Shown: piece by piece, positions 57,030-64,000 of the stretch
Layout: every line of letters starts with the position of its first letter
How positions within the stretch are numbered: the first letter of the stretch is position 1
Origin: Planctomycetota bacterium
Lineage (GTDB): Bacteria > Planctomycetota > UBA1135 > GCA-002748355
Length of the DNA stretch: 64,000 nt
Assembly: GCA_011321845.1 (NCBI GenBank)
Contig: DROQ01000211.1
Location: 21,911-85,910 of the forward strand
Direction: 5' to 3'
Translations under genes and position numbers: made by a program
The notes under the pieces: model-generated
Seen by the model: the letters and a program-made list of their open reading frames with translations, nothing else
The model's database searches: none
Told to the model about the DNA's origin: nothing

Positions 57030-57123
57030 CGCTCTGGCATCCAAGACTACCCGGAGGGCCGAGGGTTTCTCTTCTCTTTTTTTGGGATCCTTTTTCGGGG
57101 GAAAACTGTATACCTGGACTTTA

Positions 57124-57144
57124 ACCTTCTAGTCACTGGAAGGT
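57124..57144. promoter_or_regulatory. CueR/MerR-type operator dyad upstream of copA
   Basis: ACCTTCT-AGTCACT-GGAAGGT, one mismatch from a perfect 7-7-7 dyad; resembles the E. coli PcopA CueR box ACCTTCC-N7-GGAAGGT (from memory); 25 nt upstream of copA ATG; cueR encoded in the same operon. Confidence 0.6.
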
Positions 57145-57168
57145 TTGCGGCCAAGGGAGAACTCCGAA

Positions 57169-59424
57169 ATGACCCAACTCGTTCCAAAGCCACCGTCGAG
57201 CACAGAGCCCCGAGAGGGTGGGGCCAGGGTTTCGTCCCCGCCCTCTCCCCGAGCGTTTCGGTTCAAGATCACGGGGATGACCTGCGCGACCTGCGCCGGG
57301 CGGATCGAAAAGGTTCTGCGGCGCCTGGACTCAGTCCTCTCGGCTCAGGTCAACTTGGCAACCGAGGTGGCGACGGTAGCCATCGGGCCCGGTCCTGGCG
57401 AGGAGGGAGCCGATGCCCTGATCGCCGCCATCGAGAGGGCGGGCTTCGGGGCACGGCTCGCGGACTCCGAAGACAAGGTCGCCGAGGAGCGCGAACAGCG
57501 GCAGCGGCGGCGGGAAAGCTGGATTCTTCTGGTTTCCGTTCTGCTGACTCTCCCCCTCGTCGCCCCCATGCTCCTCCATCCCTTTGGGCTTGTCTGGGCG
57601 CTCCCCCCCTGGCTGCAACTCGCCCTGGCGACACCGGTCCAATTCCTGGTGGGTTGGCGCTATTACCAAGGCGGCTGGGCGGCCCTTCGGGCGCGCACGG
57701 GCAACATGGATCTTCTTGTGGCCCTCGGCACCAGCGCTGCCTATGGGCTGAGCGTCTGGAACCTCGCCCAGGGGAAGCCTCACCTCTACTTCGAGGCTTC
57801 GGCGGCGGTCATCACCCTGGTCCTCTTCGGCAAACACATGGAGGCCCGAGCCAAGCGAAGCGCGACGGCTGCCATCCGGGCTCTCATGGCCCTGCGGCCC
57901 GATACGGCCAGGGTTCTCCGCGAGGGGGAGGCGATCGAGATCCCTGCCGAAGCCGTGGGCAAGGGCGAGGTCGTGCTCGTCAAACCCGGGGAGCGCATCC
58001 CCATGGACGGGGTGATCCTGCGCGGGGGTAGCCAGGTCGACAACTCCATGCTCACCGGGGAGAGCATGCCCGTTCGAGTGGAGGTGGGGGACGAGGTCAC
58101 GGGGGGGGCGATCAATGGGGAGGGGCTCCTCGAGGTCCGGGTCACCAGGGTGGGAGAAGAATCGACCCTGGCCCAGATCGTTCGGATGGTCGAGGGAGCC
58201 CAAGCCAAAAAAGCGCCCATCCAGCGGGTCGTGGACCGGGTCGCGGCGGTCTTCGTGCCGGCTGTCATTCTGGTTGCGCTTGGGACCCTGGTCGCTTGGA
58301 TGATGGCCGGAGTGGGGACCGAGGTGGCCATCGTCAACGCGGTCGCCGTGCTCGTGATCGCCTGTCCCTGCGCCCTTGGTCTTGCGACCCCGACGGCCTT
58401 GATGGTGGGGACCAGCGCGGCGGCGCGGGCGGGCATCTTGATCAAGGACGCCGAAGCCCTGGAGCAGTCCCACAGGGTGCAGACCGTGGTCTTCGACAAG
58501 ACCGGGACACTGACCCAGGGCCGGCCCATGGTGCAGGGCATGGTGGCGCTTCAGGGGACGGAGAGGGAGTTGCTCTACTGGGGGGCTTCGGCGCAGCAGG
58601 GGAGCGAGCATCCCCTGGCCAGGGCCCTCCTCAAGGAAGCGGAGAGGCTCGAGATCCCGCTGGGCCCGCTCACCTCCTTCAAGGCCCTGATGGGCAAGGG
58701 GCTCGAGGCCGTTGTGGGCGAGCGCCCCATTCTGGTCGGCAGCCAAAAGCTGATGGAGGAGAGGGGCATCTCCCTGGAGGATCTGCCTCCCGAGTTGGAG
58801 GCCTGGGAGGCCCGGGGGATGACCCTGGTGTTCGTGGCCCAGGGGGGCGAAGAGAGGCGGTTGCTCGGCGTTTTCGGGCTTGCCGATGCCTTGCGTCCTT
58901 CCTCGGCGCAGGCGGTCGCTTTTCTCCAGAGCCAGGGGATCGAAGTCGTGATGCTGAGTGGAGACCACCGTGCGGCCGCCGAGTTGGTGGGAAAGCGGCT
59001 TGGGGTGGATCGCACGATCGCCGAGGTGCTCCCAGGGGAAAAAGCCGATGTGGTCAGGGAACTGTCCCAGTCCGGTCGCGTGGTCGCCATGGTGGGGGAC
59101 GGCGTCAATGACGCGCCCGCGCTGGCGGCAGCCCAGGTGGGGCTTGCCGTTTCGAGCGGGACGGACGTGGCCATGGCCACAGCCTCGGTGACCCTGATGC
59201 GGCCCGATCCGCTGCTGGTGGGGGACTGTCTCTCGGTCTCCAAAGCCACCACGCGCAAGATCCACCAGAACCTGTTCTGGGCCTTTGTCTACAACATTGT
59301 CGCCATCCCCTTCGCGGCCATGGGCTACCTCAACCCCGTGATCGCGGGCGCCGCCATGGCCATGTCGAGCGTGAGCGTTGTGAGCAATTCGCTGCTCCTG
59401 CGCCGCTGGAGGCCGAGTCGATGA
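57169..59424 (+). CDS. copA: Copper-translocating P1B-type ATPase
   Basis: [18 protein letters not shown] in [27 protein letters not shown]; ATG 57169 after GGGAGA. Confidence 0.95.
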   Translation: MTQLVPKPPSSTEPREGGARVSSPPSPRAFRFKITGMTCATCAGRIEKVLRRLDSVLSAQVNLATEVATVAIGPGPGEEGADALIAAIERAGFGARLADSEDKVAEEREQRQRRRESWILLVSVLLTLPLVAPMLLHPFGLVWALPPWLQLALATPVQFLVGWRYYQGGWAALRARTGNMDLLVALGTSAAYGLSVWNLAQGKPHLYFEASAAVITLVLFGKHMEARAKRSATAAIRALMALRPDTARVLREGEAIEIPAEAVGKGEVVLVKPGERIPMDGVILRGGSQVDNSMLTGESMPVRVEVGDEVTGGAINGEGLLEVRVTRVGEESTLAQIVRMVEGAQAKKAPIQRVVDRVAAVFVPAVILVALGTLVAWMMAGVGTEVAIVNAVAVLVIACPCALGLATPTALMVGTSAAARAGILIKDAEALEQSHRVQTVVFDKTGTLTQGRPMVQGMVALQGTERELLYWGASAQQGSEHPLARALLKEAERLEIPLGPLTSFKALMGKGLEAVVGERPILVGSQKLMEERGISLEDLPPELEAWEARGMTLVFVAQGGEERRLLGVFGLADALRPSSAQAVAFLQSQGIEVVMLSGDHRAAAELVGKRLGVDRTIAEVLPGEKADVVRELSQSGRVVAMVGDGVNDAPALAAAQVGLAVSSGTDVAMATASVTLMRPDPLLVGDCLSVSKATTRKIHQNLFWAFVYNIVAIPFAAMGYLNPVIAGAAMAMSSVSVVSNSLLLRRWRPSR

Positions 59425-59843
59425 AGACCCAGGACAAAGGCCGCCGTTTGACGATCGGGCGCCTCGCCGAGGAGAGCGGGGTCCCGACCAAGACGATTCG
59501 TTATTACGAGGAAGTGGGGCTGCTTCCCCAGCCCGTCCGTGGAAGCAATGGCTACCGTCGCTACGAGGAGAGTGCCGTTCACATGCTGCGCTTCGTGAGC
59601 CGGGCGCGGGAGATGGGCTTTTCGATGGAGGAGACCCGGGAGCTGCTTGCCCTTTGGCTGGACAAGGGGCGTAAGAGCGCCGATGTGCGGGCGATCGCCT
59701 TGCGTCACCTTGCGACCATTACTCATAAGATTTCCAAGTTGCAGGGGCTTCAGGCCACTCTGCAGCACCTCGTGCGCTGCTGCCACGGGGACGACCGGCC
59801 TGATTGTCCGATTTTGGAGGCTCTAGCGGAGGAGGAGAGATGA
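59421..59843 (+). CDS. cueR: MerR-family Cu(I)-responsive regulator
   Basis: [27 protein letters not shown]; metal loop [14 protein letters not shown] matches E. coli CueR C..GDD..DCPI(I/L)E. Confidence 0.88.
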   Translation: MKTQDKGRRLTIGRLAEESGVPTKTIRYYEEVGLLPQPVRGSNGYRRYEESAVHMLRFVSRAREMGFSMEETRELLALWLDKGRKSADVRAIALRHLATITHKISKLQGLQATLQHLVRCCHGDDRPDCPILEALAEEER

Positions 59844-60097
59844 AGACTTATGGAATCAAGGGAATGACTTGTGAGGGTTGCGTTGGGGCGGTGACGAAGG
59901 CGCTTCAGGCGGTTTTGGGGGATGTGGAGTTTGAGGTTTCTTTGGCGGAGAACTGTGTGAAGGTGAAGGGGGAGCATGATCCGGAGAGGGTGAGGGAGGC
60001 GGTTGAGGGGGCGGGGTTTGAATTTGGGGGGGAGGGGGGGCTGGAAACACCTGGAGGTGTTTCCTACGGAAAACGCCTGGAGACGTTTTCTACTTAA
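59840..60097 (+). CDS. copZ: CopZ-like heavy-metal-associated chaperone with repeat-encoded C-terminal tail
   Basis: ATGA-coupled to cueR; [18 protein letters not shown]; last ~18 codons ([18 protein letters not shown]) lie inside hairpin array 3. Confidence 0.8.
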   Translation: MKTYGIKGMTCEGCVGAVTKALQAVLGDVEFEVSLAENCVKVKGEHDPERVREAVEGAGFEFGGEGGLETPGGVSYGKRLETFST

Positions 60098-60198
60098 AAC
60101 GTCTGGAGACGTTTTCTACATGAAACGTCTGGAGACGTTTCCTACTTGAAACGCCTGGAGGCGTTCCCTACCGGCGTTTCCTACCGGCGTTTCCTGCG
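60043..60198. repeat. Tandem palindromic hairpin array, locus 3 (5 full units plus 2 half units)
   Basis: GGAAACACCTGGAGGTGTTTCC, AAAACGTCTGGAGACGTTTT, GAAACGTCTGGAGACGTTTC, GAAACGCCTGGAGGCGTTCC etc.; between convergent copZ and 60206-62428. Confidence 0.95.
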
Positions 60199-60205
60199 GG
60201 GGGGG

Positions 60206-62428
60206 CTATTTGGGGGTGTGGGGGACGGTTTGGAAGAGGAGGACGAGGGCGCGTTGGAGGACGCGGCGGTCCTTGTCATCGATGCTGCCCTTTTGGACGA
60301 TCTTGTCGACTTGGGAGAGGAGGGCGGCGAAGGAGGGGTTGGCGCGGGCGAAGTTGGGGTATTCGCGGTGTTGGAGGCATTCCTTCAGGATCTTGCGCAT
60401 TTGGAGGGCGTCGCTGAGGCGGGCGCTGGGTTTGGCGAGGAAGGGGAGGGGGGCGCGGCGCTCGAGGAGGCCTTGGAGAAGGAGTCGGGAGAGGCGCAGG
60501 ACGCGGGCCATCTTGGCGTAATCGAGGTTGCGGGGCTGGTCGCTCGGGCGGTGGTAATACCAGGGGGTCGCTGAGCTGACGAAGAGGTAGGGGACCTTTT
60601 TGGCCCGAAAGGACATGTAGTCGCTGCGGGCGAGGGACGGGCCGAAGGGCTCCAGGATGTAGTTGCCGAGAGGAAGGATCTGGAAGGGTTCGCCCTTGAA
60701 CTTGGGTTGGATCTTTTGGATCAGGGTCTCCAGGGCGGGGCTGTGTTCACTGCCCATCAGGTAGATGTCGCCTTTGCGCCAGGGGAGGAAGTTTCCGCCG
60801 ACCAGGTCGTAGATCAGGGCGAAGCGGATGCGCGCGCAGGGGATCACCTCGTGGGAGACGAAGCGACGGGAGCCGACGAGTCCCTTTTCCTCTGCGTCGA
60901 AGAAGACGAAGGCGAGGTGGTAGGGGAGCTTGTGCTTTTGCGGGGCGAAGGCGGCGGCCAGGGCGAGGGTGACAGCGACTCCGGAGGCGTTGTCGTCCGC
61001 GCCGGGGTAGTAAGTCCTGGCGCGCTTGCCGAGGTGGTCGTAGTGGGCACCGATCAGGAGGTAGTCCTTGGCGTCTTTGTTCCCCGGGAGGATGCCCACG
61101 AGGTTGCGGCAGCGGGCGCGTCCATAGCGGAATTCATGGACATAGCCGGCTCCTTCCTTTCCGCGAACACCAGGTTCGAGGCCGAGGGCCTCGATGCGCT
61201 GGAGGAGCCAGTCGCCGGCCTTGCGCCCCCCGGGGGTGCCGGCGCCGCGGCCTTGGAATTCGGGAGAGGCCAGCTTGGAGACATCCGCTCGGAGCGCGGC
61301 CTCGAGTTTGGTGGGAGACTTCTGTTGAGGAGGGACGAGGAGGGCGAGCAGGCGGCGGCTCAGGGGTTTGAGCCTGGCGTACTCGCAATTGCTCATGAGG
61401 GCGACGCCGCTGTGGAGTTCGGGAAGGGCGAGAAGCCAGGTCCGGGTCTTTTCCTGAGCGCCTGCGTGCTCCACCAGCCGTTTGCCGGCGTAGCGACCGA
61501 GGGCGAAGCCCAACCCGTAACGCGTCCGCTTGCCATTCTTCAACGCGGGGCTGGTCCAGAGGGTCTCCCAACTCTTCTTTTTGAGCAAGGATGGGCTTCC
61601 CCAGGCTGCGCCGAAGCGCGCGAGGTCCACGACATGGGACAGGAACCCGCCCCCCGGCAGCTTCCAGCTCACGTCCGTGTTGCTGGAGGGGAAGGGCTCT
61701 CCCTTTTTTCCGAGCCGCTGGTAGCCGACCGCCCGCCCGGGGATGTCCTTCCACTGGTAATCGGGCTCCAGGCTGGAGAGGCCGAGGGGGAGCTTGATCC
61801 TCTTTCGCACCTGTTCCCAGTAGGGGACGCCTCCCGCCCGGCGGAGTACCGCGCCTGCCAGGATGAAGCCATGGGTGGAGTAGCTGTATTTGGTCCCGGG
61901 CTCGGCGATCAGCGGGGAGTCCTTGAAGGTGTCGAGGGCCAGGATGAGGTTGGCGAAGGGATGCTTCTCTTTGTAGCTGCGCTGGGTCCGGATGACCTTG
62001 CCGTTTCGGTAGTGCACGATCCCCGCCTGGTGGGCCAGGAGGCGCCGCATGGTGATGGGCCAAGGTTTCTTGGGAAACTCCGGGACATAGCTGCGGATGT
62101 CCTTGTCCAAATCCAGCTTGCCCTGCTCCACCAGCTGCATGGCAGCGATGGCGGTCAGAGGTTTTGAGATCGATGCCCAGCGATACTTGGTCTCCTTGCT
62201 GGCGGGGATCCTGGCCTCGCGGTCGGCGAAGCCATAGCCCTTGGCGTAAACGACCTTGCCTCCTCGAAACAAGGCGACCGAGAGTCCGACAAGGTTTTGC
62301 CGCCGCATACTCCGCTGCGCCAGCGCATCCACCTTTGCGGGGAGGGTTGGAGCTGCTTCTTGTGGAGGGGATCCCTGGGGAGCCAGGGCCATGAGAGGAA
62401 GGAGCGAGGAGAGGATGGTCGGCATCAT
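60206..62428 (-). CDS. Secreted fusion: serine hydrolase (class C beta-lactamase/PBP-like) plus M28 peptidase
   Basis: Internal ATG 62428 gives leader MMPTILSSLLPLMALAPQ; SxxK SISK in YRWASISKPLTA; C-terminal GAHYDHLG, GADDNASGVA, FFDAEEKGLVGS (M28). Confidence 0.8.
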   Translation of the reverse strand: MMPTILSSLLPLMALAPQGSPPQEAAPTLPAKVDALAQRSMRRQNLVGLSVALFRGGKVVYAKGYGFADREARIPASKETKYRWASISKPLTAIAAMQLVEQGKLDLDKDIRSYVPEFPKKPWPITMRRLLAHQAGIVHYRNGKVIRTQRSYKEKHPFANLILALDTFKDSPLIAEPGTKYSYSTHGFILAGAVLRRAGGVPYWEQVRKRIKLPLGLSSLEPDYQWKDIPGRAVGYQRLGKKGEPFPSSNTDVSWKLPGGGFLSHVVDLARFGAAWGSPSLLKKKSWETLWTSPALKNGKRTRYGLGFALGRYAGKRLVEHAGAQEKTRTWLLALPELHSGVALMSNCEYARLKPLSRRLLALLVPPQQKSPTKLEAALRADVSKLASPEFQGRGAGTPGGRKAGDWLLQRIEALGLEPGVRGKEGAGYVHEFRYGRARCRNLVGILPGNKDAKDYLLIGAHYDHLGKRARTYYPGADDNASGVAVTLALAAAFAPQKHKLPYHLAFVFFDAEEKGLVGSRRFVSHEVIPCARIRFALIYDLVGGNFLPWRKGDIYLMGSEHSPALETLIQKIQPKFKGEPFQILPLGNYILEPFGPSLARSDYMSFRAKKVPYLFVSSATPWYYHRPSDQPRNLDYAKMARVLRLSRLLLQGLLERRAPLPFLAKPSARLSDALQMRKILKECLQHREYPNFARANPSFAALLSQVDKIVQKGSIDDKDRRVLQRALVLLFQTVPHTPK

Positions 62429-62874
62429 TGGTCCTTGCGAAAGGGAGAGGGTCCAGGATCTTCGAGCCACTCCTCGAAGATTTTTTTCCAAGGCTCGGGG
62501 ATGGGCTGTTTGCTCATGTGCCGCATGTCCACCGAGACGGTGCGGATACGAGCGACGGCGAGGCGCTGTTTGCCTTGTTCGTCCTTGGACATCCAGAACT
62601 CGAAGTGCACCGAATGCTTGCCCAGTCCGATGATCCGGAGTCCGATCCAGGGCTCGTCCCCGTAGCGAATCTGTCCCAAAAAATCCGACTCGATGTGCAC
62701 GGCGGGCAGCCCGAAATGCTGCTTGTGCAAGACCTCCGCGTAGGGGATGCCCAGGGCGTCCTGCCACCAATCCTCGAAGACCTGGTGAAAATAATGAAAA
62801 AAACTCGGGTAATAGGCGATTCCCGCGTCATCGATGTCGCCGAACCGGTATCGGAATTGCTTCGCGAACTTCAT
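62425..62874 (-). CDS. Hotdog-fold acyl-CoA thioesterase (4HBT/YbgC-like)
   Basis: ATG 62874; YRFGDIDDAGIAYYPSFFHYF active-site-like N-terminus; ATGA-coupled to downstream hydrolase. Confidence 0.6.
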   Translation of the reverse strand: MKFAKQFRYRFGDIDDAGIAYYPSFFHYFHQVFEDWWQDALGIPYAEVLHKQHFGLPAVHIESDFLGQIRYGDEPWIGLRIIGLGKHSVHFEFWMSKDEQGKQRLAVARIRTVSVDMRHMSKQPIPEPWKKIFEEWLEDPGPSPFRKDQ

Positions 62875-62966
62875 GGTCCCTAGAATAGGTTCGTCCCCGG
62901 AGGAAAGGATCCCCTTTTGATCAGAATTCTTCCAACCCCCACCCTTCCTTGAAATGGAGCGCGGCG

Positions 62967-64000
62967 ATGACTTTGGTATCCTTCTTGCTTCCCCTCGTCT
63001 TCCTTGTCCAGCAGAACAAGGGTTACCCATTCGAGGAACCCATCCTCCTCCGAAGCGGGGGAGAGATCATCGACGTGGAGATGGGACATGCCGCTCCGCT
63101 GCTGGTGGACCTGGATGGGGATGGAAAACGAGAGCTTCTTGTCGGCCAGTTTGGTGAAGGCAGGCTGCGGATCTACGAGCGGACCCGGGAGGCAAAGGCT
63201 TATGATTTTGGCCCCGTCCGTTACTTCGAAGTGGGGAAACATCTGGGGCGTGTCCCAACGGGTTGATGCGTGGGTTTCGGTCCGCAGTTCGCGGACCTCG
63301 ACGGCGATGGCAAGAAGGACCTCGTCTCGGGTTCCTGGCCGGGGGAGGTTTATTGTTTCAAGGGCCAAGGCGGGGGGACCTTTGCGGCCCCGATCAAGCT
63401 GGGATTCGAGGATGGAACCGAGCTGAACGTGGGCAAGGCCGCCTCCGTGGCCGTGGGGGATTGGGACGGTGATGGGGATCTGGACCTCCTCATCGGGGTG
63501 ATCTCCGGAGAGGTCTGGTTCGTTCCCCGGGTGGCGAAGGAATGGAACAAGGGTTTCGGACCCGGCCAGAAGATCCAGGTCGGCTCGAAAGATCTGCGGG
63601 TGCCGGGGGGAGACGCGGGGCCCGCGCTGGCGGATTTCGACCGGGACGGAATCACGGACCTCCTGGTGGGTGCGGGAAACGGGAGCGTGCTCCTCTATCG
63701 CCGCGTCCGTAAGGGGGACGCGCTGCTGTTGCAACCTCCCCAGATCTTGCTTCCCCGTGGGGATTCCCAGCCCAAGGATCCCAAGCGTCATGGGCAGCGC
63801 TCCAAGCTCCAGGTCCTCGACTGGAACGGGGATGGACGCATGGACCTGTTGGTGGGCGACTTTTCTACAGAGCCGGGCGCTGCCCCCAAGTTGAGCCAGG
63901 CCCAGCAGGAAAAGAAAAAGAGCCTCCTCGCCCGGCGCAGCCGGATCTCCGCGGGTCTGGGGGAGAGGATCCGCGCCCTGTCCAGAAAGGTTCGCAAGGC
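62967..64000 (+). CDS. Secreted FG-GAP/VCBS-repeat protein, partial at window end, interrupted by one in-frame TGA (63264-63266)
   Basis: Signal MTLVSFLLPLVFLVQQ; repeats VDLDGDGKRELLVG, FADLDGDGKKDLVSG, GDWDGDGDLDLLIG, ADFDRDGITDLLVG, LDWNGDGRMDLLVG all in one frame on both sides of the TGA. Confidence 0.75.

Noticed and set aside
57331-59265. 644-aa ORF on minus strand
   Set aside because: It is antisense to copA, which carries all the P-type ATPase motifs.
62429-62770. N-terminal extension of the 854-aa ORF (60206-62770)
   Set aside because: It overlaps the thioesterase gene in another frame, and the ATGATG at 62428 yields a signal-like leader. For the same reason the 201-aa ORF 62425-63030 was trimmed to ATG 62874.
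63267-64000. Treating the FG-GAP region downstream of the TGA as an independent gene starting at GTG 63270
   Set aside because: It would begin in the middle of an FG-GAP blade without a signal peptide or RBS. Frame continuity with the upstream part argues for one gene, either recoded or recently disrupted.

Overview
High-GC bacterial chromosomal segment, densely coding on both strands. The six-frame track is full of long shadow ORFs, so I made calls from recognisable protein motifs, signal peptides, start-codon/RBS context and gene-junction geometry. No database search was possible. I support about 57 CDSs. I found no rRNA or tRNA, no CRISPR/cas, and no transposase or integrase. Core content: a respiratory supercluster (alternative complex III actA-B-C-DE-F, a small membrane ORF, SCO1, caa3-type oxidase subunits II/I/III/IV) followed by a RegB/RegA-type redox two-component pair. 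Also present: futalosine-pathway genes mqnB/mqnD; housekeeping genes (rnhA, rplC, panB, pcnB, accA, rpmB, lgt, a DEAD-box helicase); copA-cueR-copZ with a CueR-type operator; MoxR-DUF58-transglutaminase; an ECF sigma/anti-sigma/PDZ module; a TIM-barrel/MFS/ThuA-DUF1080 sugar cluster; and several secreted beta-propeller proteins (LVIVD x2, Kelch, FG-GAP). Most noteworthy findings: (1) A tightly coupled 7-gene operon joins an RsbW-type kinase and a phosphorylatable STAS protein to an MlaEFD-type MCE lipid transporter, a TPR lipoprotein and a secreted double phosphatase. (2) A family of tandem palindromic hairpin arrays occurs at three loci, with compensatory stem changes; all abut stop codons and two of them encode the C-terminal tails of genes. 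(3) A single in-frame TGA in an otherwise intact FG-GAP gene is followed at SECIS-like distance by a GC hairpin, making it a candidate selenoprotein. (4) A His/Arg-rich mini-protein carries a PEP-CTERM anchor. (5) Iteron-like repeats sit inside the ACIII-cox operon next to regBA. Taxon cannot be assigned from the sequence alone. The gene content (PEP-CTERM, ThuA/DUF1080, LVIVD, ACIII plus caa3, futalosine pathway) is reminiscent of environmental PVC-group or Acidobacteria-like bacteria.
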